Positions 40,383-49,717 of a stretch of 64,000 nucleotides of DNA are shown piece by piece. Position 1 is the stretch's first letter. The number at the start of each line of letters is the position of its first letter. The translations under genes were made by a program, and so were the position numbers. This DNA comes from Lentisphaeria bacterium (GTDB lineage Bacteria > Verrucomicrobiota > Lentisphaeria > JABSQK01 > JAWLHB01): the NCBI GenBank assembly GCA_041690595.1, contig JAWLHB010000026.1:1-64000 (forward strand), read 5' to 3'. The notes under the pieces are model-generated. The model did no database searches. It was not told the origin of the DNA and saw only the letters and a program-made list of their open reading frames with translations.

Positions 40383-40449
40383 CGTTTTGCAGAATGGCAG
40401 CGCCGGTCGGCCCTGCTCCGCCACCTTCAGCTTCCGGAAATTCGTCCGC

Positions 40450-41481
40450 ATGTCGTCGATTGGAAAAGGCAGTCGTTTGACGCAGCATCCGGTGCAGTCG
40501 TGGAGCGTTGGCTCCTTCCTCTGCCCGGGCTGCAGTTCATTTGTTTCGCTTGGCGACTACCCGGTGTTGGCGACCATATCGTGCCCTTACTGCGGCGCTG
40601 ACTACTTCACGCCGAAGAAGGTGGGCAAGTTCTGGCTCTTCGAGCATCTGGGCGGCGGCGGCGGCGGCGCGGTTTACAAAGCCTACCACGAAAGCTCTAC
40701 CAGCAAGAGTTATGCCGTCAAGATCCTCCCTCCTACATCCAGCAAGAAGCTGATCGGCAGCCTCGAGGAAGAAGCGCAGATCATGGAGAGGCTGCGTTCC
40801 CATGCCTGCATTGCCAACTCCCTGGCGTGGGGCGAATACGAGGGCGAGCATTTTATCGCGATGGAGTTCGTCGATGGCGAACGCATGGATCGCAAGATCA
40901 AGCGCCTTGGCAAGCTCTCCGAACCCGAGATGCTCCTCATCATTCTGCGCCTCCTTGCCGCGGAAACACATATCTACAATCGCGGCTTCCTCTATCGCGA
41001 CATGAAGCCCCAGAACGTCATCCTCAATCCCCAGATGGGCGCCTACCTCTACGATTTCGGCATCTGCGTCACCATCGAACAGGCTCTCGACGACTCCGCG
41101 GAGCTCATCGCCGGCACCCCCATGTACTTCCCCCCGGAGCGGCTGACAGGTGAGGGCGAGCGTGTCTCCAGTGAGATCTACAGCCTCGGCATGCTCTTCT
41201 ACAATGGCGTCACCGGCCAGAACTTCTTCACCAATCGCGAACTGGAAGCCATGGCCGCACGAGATACCTTGCCGGCCATGTTGCTCAACAAGAACAAGAT
41301 GGAAGGCATCGCTCCTGACGTCGCCGAGGTCATCACGCGGATGATCCAGCGCAATCCGAAGAAGCGCTATCAGACCTTTATCGAAGTGGAGCGTGATGTG
41401 GTGCGGCTGCTCTGGGTACGTGCCAAGCGCGCCCACCTCGGGAAGCTGTTGCTCCCGGAACCCGGAGCCTCCAGACCATGA
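40450..41481 (+). CDS. Hanks-type Ser/Thr protein kinase with N-terminal zinc ribbon
   Basis: CPGC..CPYC; LGGGGGGAVYKA, AVKIL, YRDMKPQN, DFG, GTPMYFPPE. Confidence 0.9.
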   Translation: MSSIGKGSRLTQHPVQSWSVGSFLCPGCSSFVSLGDYPVLATISCPYCGADYFTPKKVGKFWLFEHLGGGGGGAVYKAYHESSTSKSYAVKILPPTSSKKLIGSLEEEAQIMERLRSHACIANSLAWGEYEGEHFIAMEFVDGERMDRKIKRLGKLSEPEMLLIILRLLAAETHIYNRGFLYRDMKPQNVILNPQMGAYLYDFGICVTIEQALDDSAELIAGTPMYFPPERLTGEGERVSSEIYSLGMLFYNGVTGQNFFTNRELEAMAARDTLPAMLLNKNKMEGIAPDVAEVITRMIQRNPKKRYQTFIEVERDVVRLLWVRAKRAHLGKLLLPEPGASRP

Positions 41482-42281
41482 GCCAGCCAGACGTTGTCAA
41501 GTTCTCCTGCTACCAGTGCTCCCAGCACATCCGTGCCTTTCGCGAGCATATCGGGGAGAGCATCATGTGCCCGTCATGCGGCACGATGATCACCGTCCCC
41601 GCCGTCTCCCAGTTCGATGAGAAGGTGGAGGAGCTCGTCGTTCAGCGCAAGTTCACCGATGAAGAACTGGACCTCATTCGTCAGGAAGGGGCAGGCGCTT
41701 ACGAAGCCTTCATCGGGGGCGCGGTCAGCAAGTACTGGCAGTTCGCGCTGGTCGCCGATCTGTTGACCAAGCGGTTGTCGCCCCTGCAGCAGTCCGTTCT
41801 CGATCTGATGCGGCGACAGGTGATCTATGACCGCGAGGTGGTGAATCATGGCCCGTTCATCAAGTTCGTCAATGCCAAGGCCGAAGAGTTCTTTGGGATA
41901 CTCTATATGCTGACGGATCGCCTTGCCGGGGAATTGGACCGGGTGATTTATGAGGATAATCTGAGCCAGATCATCACCTTCAGCAACCAGGTCGGGGTCG
42001 TGATCCTGCGGCTTCGCAAGTTCCATGACAGCATTTACGAGCAACCCCTGCCCGGTGAGTATCCCTACCCGGAGTTGCAGGGAATCATGAAGAGCTGGGC
42101 GCCACATTGCTGGCAGAGCATCAAGAATGTCACCGAGGAACTTCGCCAGCTCAGCGTGAGGAAGCGCAACGATGGTAGCTGGAAAGCCATGCAGATGGCC
42201 TTCGCTCCAGCATTGCTCCACGAGTTCTACTACCACCTCAAGTTCCTCCCCGAACCCGAGCCCGATCTCTTCCAGGATTGA
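41478..42281 (+). CDS. Hypothetical protein with N-terminal zinc ribbon
   Basis: KFSCYQCSQ..CPSCG..ITVP; ATGA overlap with kinase. Confidence 0.75.
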   Translation: MSQPDVVKFSCYQCSQHIRAFREHIGESIMCPSCGTMITVPAVSQFDEKVEELVVQRKFTDEELDLIRQEGAGAYEAFIGGAVSKYWQFALVADLLTKRLSPLQQSVLDLMRRQVIYDREVVNHGPFIKFVNAKAEEFFGILYMLTDRLAGELDRVIYEDNLSQIITFSNQVGVVILRLRKFHDSIYEQPLPGEYPYPELQGIMKSWAPHCWQSIKNVTEELRQLSVRKRNDGSWKAMQMAFAPALLHEFYYHLKFLPEPEPDLFQD

Positions 42282-42364
42282 GCCTCCCCGAGCTCAAAAC
42301 TGAACTTTTTTCCCCTTGATCCGCAAAAAACTCCTCGACACGACTGGAAAACGGGCCAACACTT

Positions 42365-42447
42365 TGCTATAAGTATCTTTGTCAGACAAACACTGACACG
42401 GACAAAAGGCGCGGGGCAGCAGGGACCTTGTCCGTTTGTAAGACAAA
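42365..42447 (+). promoter_or_regulatory. Extended -10 promoter with two palindromic operator-like sites
   Basis: TGcTATAAG 42365-42373; TTTGTCAGACAAA 42378-42390; TTTGTAAGACAAA 42435-42447. Confidence 0.5.
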
Positions 42448-42559
42448 CGACAGGAGATATGTGAATGCTGCTTCCGCGTAATAGAAGTATGAAGCTCTTG
42501 GCCACGTTGCAGAGACCCATCCAGAACGTGATGTGGAGAGAGTTGTTATATATAGTTCG

Positions 42560-42735
42560 GGTTGGGGCCCGGATCGCAGATGCGTCGTTTATCGGCGCCC
42601 ACACGAACAGCACAGATGTTAAGAGGGACGACTCGGCCATCGTTGGGATGACTGCGTCAAAAGGATGCCTCTGTGCAGTTGCCGTGCGCGTGAATCGCTG
42701 ACTCCGGTCGGCGAGGAAGCTGTGATCAAGGCGGG
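42560..42735 (+). ncRNA. Candidate long-hairpin ncRNA, 6S RNA-like
   Basis: Nested pairings 42572-42579/42720-42727 and 42606-42616/42670-42680, apical CATC/GATG; TATATA upstream, terminator downstream; boundaries approximate. Confidence 0.4.
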
Positions 42736-42770
42736 TCAGCGGAATTTGGGTCCGCTGACCCGCCTCTTTA
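42729..42770 (+). terminator. Strong hairpin terminator (likely bidirectional)
   Basis: AGGCGGGTCAGCGGA / TCCGCTGACCCGCCT perfect 15-bp stem followed by CTTTA. Confidence 0.8.
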
Positions 42771-42784
42771 ATCTTGCCGGGTGA

Positions 42785-43147
42785 TCAGAACTGACCACTG
42801 TTGAGGAGGACCAGTGTACACGCCTCCTCCACCTCGATGCCCGCTTCTTTCAGACGCCGTTCACTCTCCTCGCACTCCGTGCCGGGATTGAAGATGACGC
42901 GGCGAGGCTTCTTCTCGATAATGCTCTCGATGACGGCTTCCTGGTGCTGCGGCGCCACATACAGGGTGACCGTATCGATGGGTTCGTCAATTTCCTTCAA
43001 GGTGGCCACGGCCGGAACCCCCAGAATCTCGCCGCCTTTGGGTGTTACCGGATACACCTGATGCCCGTGCTCCGTCAGCAACTGCTGGGCGCGATAGGAG
43101 TAACGATCTGCTTTGGGGCTCGCTCCGATGATGGCGACGCGTTCCAT
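42785..43147 (-). CDS. CoA-binding protein (YccU-like)
   Basis: VAIIGASPK.DRYS, IDTVTLYV, RRVIFNPGTE, ACTLVLL..GQF. Confidence 0.9.
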   Translation of the reverse strand: MERVAIIGASPKADRYSYRAQQLLTEHGHQVYPVTPKGGEILGVPAVATLKEIDEPIDTVTLYVAPQHQEAVIESIIEKKPRRVIFNPGTECEESERRLKEAGIEVEEACTLVLLNSGQF

Positions 43148-43176
43148 GTCTGCTTCCTCCGGTTACCGACAGGCGG

Positions 43177-45768
43177 TTACCGTTCAAGTCTGAAAGTGAT
43201 TGTCTCGACGGCAGTGATCTTCCGCGTCGTCGGGAAGATGGTTTCCCCTTTACCATGGATGCCAAAGGCGTTCAACGTCAACTCCCCATGGTAGACCGAG
43301 AGCCGAACTTTCCAGCTGTTCCGGGAATTCTTGATATGGCACATGCCCCAGGCATCGCCATTGCTCCAGAACCAGTTGCCCTCACGATCGGCAAAGCTCA
43401 TCGTCTGCGTGACCGCGGAATAGTGAAAGCCGGTGAAGGCGAGAACGCCAGCCCAACTGGCCATGGCACGGGCATAGTGATGGCCGCATTCCGCTTCGTT
43501 GAAGGGATTGCGCTTGCGCCCGTCATACCGCTGCCGGACGGCTGCTATCACCTTCAGCCCCTTCTTGAGCTTTCCCTCATAGATCAGATGTGCCGCAAGC
43601 GTGTACTCGAATCCGGTCATCACCTCGTTGTAGTACGGAAAGGGACGCTCCGGGCGATTTCCTTTCGGATACGATGCCATCAGGATGCCCGACTCGTCTC
43701 CCAGTACAAACGAGCGCAGGTGATTGAAGTGACTGTGGAACTCCGCGCGGCGGTTGTACTGAACAATGCTGCGCAAGGTGCGCCTGACCATGTGGGGATC
43801 GTGCAGATAGCCCAGATCGCAGATGTGCGCCATGTACTGTCCTACCAACTGGTCGATGAGGCAACCCGCTCCCAGTTGCAGCTCCGGATGCGCGGGATCC
43901 CTGGCCCCCATCGAGTGGGCAAGCGCCGCCGGGATGGAGCCGGGATCGGCCGGGGGGCGAATCTCCTGCTCGTAATATTCACCGTTGAAGAGGTGCGCAT
44001 CCATCCAGGCGGATCCTGCCGCGGCCAGGGATCGGCAGTGCTCGGCAAAATCGCTCTCGCCAAGGTACTCCGCCATGGCAGCGCCCGCGCGCAACGCGCC
44101 AAGGTACCATCCCTGCATCTGGGGATTCGGCCCATAGTATTCCACATCCATGGTATTGTGCTGGCATCCTTCCATGACACCATCTTCATCGCCATCCCAG
44201 CCACCTTCGATCCAACAGAATTCCAGCGCCCGGCGGGCGGCACTCCAGAGGCGGCTCAGCATCGCCTCATCCCCCGAGAGCTGCCACTCGCGGTATAGCT
44301 TCATGATGCAGCCAAGCTGTCCATCCGCGGCCGCCTTGCCCATCTCGCGGGCGCGAGAGAGCGGCAGGTTGACGCGGAAGGAGATCATGCCCTGCTCATC
44401 GGTGGCATGAGCGAACTCGACCTCGCGCATGCTTCTGGCCAGCTCACCGAAGAGGAAAGGCGTTGCCTGCTCGTAATTCCATACGTGGGTACATGAACCG
44501 GGGCAGCAACCAGCGGAATCATGGCACCCTTCCCAGCCGTAAAAGTAACCGTCCGGCGTACGAAAGCAGCTCTGGCTGCGCAGGGTGCTGAGATTGAAGA
44601 GTGCGGCTTCGCGCAGCTCCTTCGGAAGATCGCTCTCGATGAACGCGCTGACGAAGCGGCGGGTGCTCTCTTCCAGTGACGGCAGCTCTTCCGCCACCTT
44701 CTCGGCCACCTCCCAGGCATCCGCAAAGCGATCGGTGTAATAGTTCCCAATGCGATTGTCCGCCGGCTCACAGGCTCCATCCTGGCAGCCGCAGCCCTCC
44801 GCCGGGGCTGGTGTCCAGGTCATGCGGTTGGGAAAATGCCAGGTGACCAGGAACGTGACCGCGCGGGATTGACGTGGCGGGATGCTGAAACGCACGGCCA
44901 GTGACGCCATGGGCGAGTCGCTGCGCGAATGTTTGCGCTCGTCGACTTTCCCATCTTCGCTAAAATCGTCCCAGAAATCGAGCAAGGCGTCGCCCCATGA
45001 GCGGTCAGCCCAGGCCGTACGCCAGGAGATACCGCGTTTGGCGGTTGTGGTAAGGGCCAGGGTTCCCCAGGCTTCGGCTTCAGGGGCGACTCCTTCCGAA
45101 TGCATGGAGATGCCGCGCACCTTGCGGCCAATGCGCCACTGATTGCGATTCTTGCAGGCGCCGGTTGCCAGGGGCGTTCCGTCCCAGCACGGCGTCCGGA
45201 TGGAGCCATCGGTACCGATGAAGTTGGGCAATGAGCCACAGACGGATACGGTCAGCTTGCTGTCCGAAGTATTGGTGATGACGAAACGCAGGATGGCTAC
45301 TGGCAGGCCGCTGCGATCCGCATCGCCCGGAATGAGCGGATTGAAGCTCTCGATCCGCGCGTCGCATGGCAGGTCCGGATCGCTGAGGTGAACCTGGCCG
45401 AAAGGGTAGGCGGCGGCGAACTCGCAGCGACGAAAGCGCGGCAAGCCCGCGGTGGGCACGGGGCTGCCGATGGCCCCCTCGTAGTCATGGCTGTCGAGCG
45501 GACCTTCCAGCAACCGGCATGCGGTGGAGCCGCCGGCGCCATGGGTCCGCAGGACGAAACTAGGAGTATTGGCGCGAGTACCGTGTGCGTCTCGCGGCAC
45601 AAACCCTTTGGCCGGGCGATTGACGATCTCCCAGTCGCGCAGATCTCCCCGGCCACCCAGGGAGAGAGTGCCGGTGCCCAAGCCGCCAACTGGCAGGGCG
45701 ATACGCGCCAGGTGCTCAATATCATAGCTCTTGAGGACGGGCCAATTCGGGTTCCAGTGTCGTGCCAT
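43177..45768 (-). CDS. GH116 family glycoside hydrolase (non-lysosomal glucosylceramidase-like)
   Basis: LPVGGLGTG..GRGDLRDWEI.N, CPGSCTHVWNY, AADGQLG, QHNTMD, EVMTGFEY, NEAECGHHYARAM. Confidence 0.92.
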   Translation of the reverse strand: MARHWNPNWPVLKSYDIEHLARIALPVGGLGTGTLSLGGRGDLRDWEIVNRPAKGFVPRDAHGTRANTPSFVLRTHGAGGSTACRLLEGPLDSHDYEGAIGSPVPTAGLPRFRRCEFAAAYPFGQVHLSDPDLPCDARIESFNPLIPGDADRSGLPVAILRFVITNTSDSKLTVSVCGSLPNFIGTDGSIRTPCWDGTPLATGACKNRNQWRIGRKVRGISMHSEGVAPEAEAWGTLALTTTAKRGISWRTAWADRSWGDALLDFWDDFSEDGKVDERKHSRSDSPMASLAVRFSIPPRQSRAVTFLVTWHFPNRMTWTPAPAEGCGCQDGACEPADNRIGNYYTDRFADAWEVAEKVAEELPSLEESTRRFVSAFIESDLPKELREAALFNLSTLRSQSCFRTPDGYFYGWEGCHDSAGCCPGSCTHVWNYEQATPFLFGELARSMREVEFAHATDEQGMISFRVNLPLSRAREMGKAAADGQLGCIMKLYREWQLSGDEAMLSRLWSAARRALEFCWIEGGWDGDEDGVMEGCQHNTMDVEYYGPNPQMQGWYLGALRAGAAMAEYLGESDFAEHCRSLAAAGSAWMDAHLFNGEYYEQEIRPPADPGSIPAALAHSMGARDPAHPELQLGAGCLIDQLVGQYMAHICDLGYLHDPHMVRRTLRSIVQYNRRAEFHSHFNHLRSFVLGDESGILMASYPKGNRPERPFPYYNEVMTGFEYTLAAHLIYEGKLKKGLKVIAAVRQRYDGRKRNPFNEAECGHHYARAMASWAGVLAFTGFHYSAVTQTMSFADREGNWFWSNGDAWGMCHIKNSRNSWKVRLSVYHGELTLNAFGIHGKGETIFPTTRKITAVETITFRLER

Positions 45769-45860
45769 CGCGATCTTCTCCCCCGACGTTGATGTGCTGT
45801 CGTGAAACCAGCAGGTGCTGGGGGAGAAGGTAGCGTGACACAGAGCGGGAGAACAGCCCT

Positions 45861-46943
45861 TTACGGCAATTTTATCGGATCTTCATCGAGCAGACGGCTT
45901 TGCTCGAAGCCCCAGTCCAGCAAAGCCTCGAAGAACTGGTTGCGCGCAGTCTTGTTGCTGAACCCAGTACCGACAGCCAGCAGTACCCTGCCATTGCGCA
46001 GGCACGACACGGTGACGCAGAAACCCGCCCGATGCGTGAAGCCGGTCTTGAGGCCGTAAACACCAGGACAGGTGCGCAGCAACTGGTTATGATTGTTCAT
46101 GATCAGCGTCTTGCCATTGGGGTGCTCGAATGTGGCCTGTTCCTGGCCCGCCAGGCGCAAGGCCGCCGGATAGCGGTGCAGTTCGATCGCCAGCACCATC
46201 ATGTCCACCGCCGTGGCGCGGTTCTCTTCGTAAACAGAGGCACCCGGCAGCCCATGAGGGTTGTAGAAGCGTGCGTGGCGCATGCCGATTTCCCGCGCCG
46301 TCCGATTCATCGAGGCGATGAACGTATCGATGCTGCCATTGGGAGAAACCGCCTCGCCGATGGCATAGGCAGCATCGTTCGCACTCTGGATCATCATCGC
46401 CCTCAGCATCTCCTTGAGCGGATGCTCGTCTCTCGCACCAAGCCAGACCTGGGTACCCCCCATGCTCGCCGCGGCCGGCGAGACACGAACGATCGTATCC
46501 ATGGTGAAATCGTCCCGCTCTTCCAGTGCCCTCATGACCATCAGCAGGGTCATGAGTTTGGTCATGGAGGCGATGGAGACCAACTCGTCTTCGTTCTTTG
46601 TCCATAGAATGCGTCGCGCTTCCGGGTCGATCAGCATGCCGGCACCTGCCCCGCCCGCCAGTCGCTCCAGAGTGCCGCTGATGGGAAGATCCAGCTTCTC
46701 GAAGCCGTAGACGTCGTGTCCCGCTGGAAGCCCTGCCTCGGCGGACTCCGGCTCCGCTACGGTGGTGACGGCGGTAACCGGTTGCGAGGCCGCCGCTTCT
46801 CGCGCCGGCTCTTCGCCTTGTCGCTGAGCAAACGCATCGATCAATGTCGGCGCTCGCCGACTGGCGAAGAGAAAGGGCTGCACCAGCCAGGCAACAAAGA
46901 GGAGCGCGAGCACGACCAGAACAACTTTGGCCGTAGTCTTCAC
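45861..46943 (-). CDS. D-alanyl-D-alanine carboxypeptidase (peptidase S11)
   Basis: SxxK (ASMTK), SxN (SAN), NPHGL, KTGFT; N-terminal anchor. Confidence 0.92.
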   Translation of the reverse strand: MKTTAKVVLVVLALLFVAWLVQPFLFASRRAPTLIDAFAQRQGEEPAREAAASQPVTAVTTVAEPESAEAGLPAGHDVYGFEKLDLPISGTLERLAGGAGAGMLIDPEARRILWTKNEDELVSIASMTKLMTLLMVMRALEERDDFTMDTIVRVSPAAASMGGTQVWLGARDEHPLKEMLRAMMIQSANDAAYAIGEAVSPNGSIDTFIASMNRTAREIGMRHARFYNPHGLPGASVYEENRATAVDMMVLAIELHRYPAALRLAGQEQATFEHPNGKTLIMNNHNQLLRTCPGVYGLKTGFTHRAGFCVTVSCLRNGRVLLAVGTGFSNKTARNQFFEALLDWGFEQSRLLDEDPIKLP

Positions 46944-48154
46944 GTCTCTTCACCGCTGCGCTGCTTTCGACGGCGATAGCGGCGCTTGTTGGTCTTCTGC
47001 TGATTTGGCCAGGGACTCAGCAGGCCACTCGACAAGCCGGCGCCCTGCACGAAAATCTGGAAGAGGTCGCGTCCCCGGTTATACTCGGGATGATTGACCA
47101 CCCGCTTCGACGATTGACCTTCGAGAAACTTCGGCTGCACCAGCAGTGTATCGCAGATCTTGGCGATGGTATGTCGGGGCACGCGATACGGTTCGAGCAG
47201 CTCGTGGGTAAGCGAACGCACAACTTTGTTGATGCCCGAGGTGTTCTCCCACAGATCGCGCAAATCCTGGCCGGTGCCGCATGCATCGGCGACAAAAGGC
47301 AGCAGTAGCGCGGCCAGCCCAGTCACCCGTGACGGATAGACTTTGCCGCGCAGCATCAGCTCATCGCGTGCCTGCAACAGGTGCTGACAAAGCAGGCCCG
47401 ATTCGCTCTCCCAGCGATCCCCTATGGCTGGAAGCAGATACCGCAGAAGGCCAAAACGATGACAGACCTGCAGGGTGCGCCAGCAGTACGGCTTCTTCAG
47501 AATCTTGAAGATCTCTTCCAGCAACCGCGCTTGTGAACTTAGCTCGAGTTGGGAAGCATTGGCGCTCAGCACATGGCCCAATTCCTCTTCCACATCGAAA
47601 TTATACTGCGCTACCAGCTTGCAGGCGCGCAGCATGCGCACGGGATCTTCCTGCATCCGGATGTCCGGCAGCCCGATGGCGCGCACCGTTCGTTGCTTCA
47701 TGTCATCCAGACCGCCAACAAAATCCACCAACTTCTCGCCATCATTCATCAACGGGTTGTAGTAGATGGCGTTGACCGTGAAGTCCCGCCGGCGCGCATC
47801 TTCCTCAAGTGTCCCGAACTCGTTGTCGCGCCACACGATGAGCCCTTTGTCATCCTGCCGGCCCTTGCGTTCCTGAAGGCTCGGTTCACGGCGAAAGGTG
47901 CTCACTTCAATGATGTCCGACTGGTAATAGACATGCGCCAGCCTGAAGCGCCGCCCGATCAGCCGTGCCTGACGACCGAACAGCTCCTTCACCTCTTCCG
48001 GCGTCGCACTCGTGGCGACATCGTAATCCTTCGGATCGAGATCGAGGAGCAGGTCGCGTACGGCGCCGCCGACAAGATAGGTCTCGTAGCCGGCCTCATG
48101 AAGCCTGGTGATGACACTGGTGGCAGCGCTGGATATCTTGTGTTGAATGGGCAT
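46940..48154 (-). CDS. pcnB: Poly(A) polymerase I (polynucleotide adenylyltransferase)
   Basis: VGGAVRDLL..KDYDVAT, PAP signature LIGRRFRLAHV, DNEFGT.EEDA.RRDFTVNA, basic C-terminal tail. Confidence 0.85.
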   Translation of the reverse strand: MPIQHKISSAATSVITRLHEAGYETYLVGGAVRDLLLDLDPKDYDVATSATPEEVKELFGRQARLIGRRFRLAHVYYQSDIIEVSTFRREPSLQERKGRQDDKGLIVWRDNEFGTLEEDARRRDFTVNAIYYNPLMNDGEKLVDFVGGLDDMKQRTVRAIGLPDIRMQEDPVRMLRACKLVAQYNFDVEEELGHVLSANASQLELSSQARLLEEIFKILKKPYCWRTLQVCHRFGLLRYLLPAIGDRWESESGLLCQHLLQARDELMLRGKVYPSRVTGLAALLLPFVADACGTGQDLRDLWENTSGINKVVRSLTHELLEPYRVPRHTIAKICDTLLVQPKFLEGQSSKRVVNHPEYNRGRDLFQIFVQGAGLSSGLLSPWPNQQKTNKRRYRRRKQRSGEET

Positions 48155-48213
48155 GTACTTGATGTCACATTGACCGCGGCCTGTCACCCCGATCATCTCA
48201 TGTTTGAATTCAA

Positions 48214-49113
48214 CTAAAACGTGAGGTCAAAGGTGATGCCGTTGCGGCGGCAGCAGGCTTTGACGGCATTCGCCATCAGCATGGCGATGGTCATCGGGCC
48301 GACACCGCCTGGCACCGGCGTGATCCAGGAAACCTTCTCCTTCACCTCGTCGAAGGCCACGTCTCCAGTCAGCCGATAGCCTCGTTTGGCGGAGGGATCG
48401 TCCACCCTGTTGATGCCGACATCGATGACAACCGCACCCTCCTTCACCATCTCGGCGGTGACGAACTCCGGCTTGCCGATCGCGGCAATCAGAATGTCGG
48501 CCTGGCGGGTGATCTCGCTCATGTTTTGGGTGCGGGAATGGCACATGGTGACCGTGCAGTTGGCATGCTTGCTCTTGCGGCCGAGCAAGGCGGCCATCGG
48601 CTTGCCGACGATATTCGAGCGGCCGATCACGACCGCGTGCTTGCCGGAGGTCTCGATGCCGTAGTACTGCAGCAGCAGCATGCAGCCATAGGGCGTGCAG
48701 GGCAGAAAACCGTCATCATCGCCGATCATCAGCTTGCCGACGCTATAAGGGTGAAAACAGTCGACGTCCTTGGCTGGGCTGATGGCCTCGATCACGACCC
48801 GCTCATCGATATGTGGTGGTGGCGGCGACTGGACGAGAATGCCGTCGATGCGGTCATCCGCATTCAACTCGGCAACCTGGGCCAGCACCTGCTCCAGCGT
48901 CGCATCGGCAGGCAACACCTTCTTGACTGAATAGAGGCCGAGCTCTTCTGATTTGCGGGCTTTCATGTTGACGTAGACCTGCGAGGCGGGATCTTCACCG
49001 ACCAGCACCACGGCCAGGCCAGGCTGTAGTCCCTGCCGCTTCAGTGTCGCGGTCATCTGCTGCAGTTGGCCGAGTACGGCGTCGGCGACAGGCTTACCTT
49101 CCATCAGTTTCAT
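48214..49113 (-). CDS. folD: Bifunctional methylenetetrahydrofolate dehydrogenase/cyclohydrolase
   Basis: [54 protein letters not shown]. Confidence 0.97.
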   Translation of the reverse strand: MKLMEGKPVADAVLGQLQQMTATLKRQGLQPGLAVVLVGEDPASQVYVNMKARKSEELGLYSVKKVLPADATLEQVLAQVAELNADDRIDGILVQSPPPPHIDERVVIEAISPAKDVDCFHPYSVGKLMIGDDDGFLPCTPYGCMLLLQYYGIETSGKHAVVIGRSNIVGKPMAALLGRKSKHANCTVTMCHSRTQNMSEITRQADILIAAIGKPEFVTAEMVKEGAVVIDVGINRVDDPSAKRGYRLTGDVAFDEVKEKVSWITPVPGGVGPMTIAMLMANAVKACCRRNGITFDLTF

Positions 49114-49144
49114 CGAACTACCTCGTTTGCTTCTGGCGTCATGC

Positions 49145-49717
49145 TCACGATGAGATCATATCCAGGAAATTCTTCAGCAGCTTCGGCCCATCCGGCGTCA
49201 GGACCGACTCCGGGTGGAACTGCACCCCGACGGTGGGATGCAAGCGATGGCGAAGGCCCATCACGTCACCGTCTTCCGATTGGGCGGTTATCTCCAGGCA
49301 CTCGGGAAAATCTTCGCGCTGGCCAGCCAGCGAATGATAGCGGCCTGCCTGGAATGGTTGTGGCAATCCCGCAAAGAGATCCCGGTTATGATGCGTGATC
49401 GCGGAGACTTTGCCATGCATGATCGCTTTCGCATGGATGATCGTGCCGCCAAATGCCTGGACAATCGACTGGTGCCCCAGGCAGACGCCAAAAACCGGGA
49501 TCCGCCCTGAGAAGGCCTGGATCGCCGCCACGCTGATGCCCGCCTCGTTCGGGGTGCACGGCCCCGGAGAGATGATGAGCGCTGACGGTTTCATGGCTTC
49601 CAACTCATTGATCGAGATCTGATCGTTCCGATAGACCTCCATCTCGCCACCCAGCTTCCCAAACTCCTGCACAAGGTTGTAGGTGAAGGAATCGTAATTG
49701 TCGATCATCACTATCAT
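49145..49717 (-). CDS. trpG: Anthranilate/aminodeoxychorismate synthase component II
   Basis: [34 protein letters not shown]. Confidence 0.92.
   Translation of the reverse strand: MIVMIDNYDSFTYNLVQEFGKLGGEMEVYRNDQISINELEAMKPSALIISPGPCTPNEAGISVAAIQAFSGRIPVFGVCLGHQSIVQAFGGTIIHAKAIMHGKVSAITHHNRDLFAGLPQPFQAGRYHSLAGQREDFPECLEITAQSEDGDVMGLRHRLHPTVGVQFHPESVLTPDGPKLLKNFLDMISS

Noticed and set aside
42282..42784. tmRNA, RNase P RNA or tRNA
   Set aside because: No tRNA-like ends (TTCGA..CCA) or RNase P GAGGAAAGTCC motif
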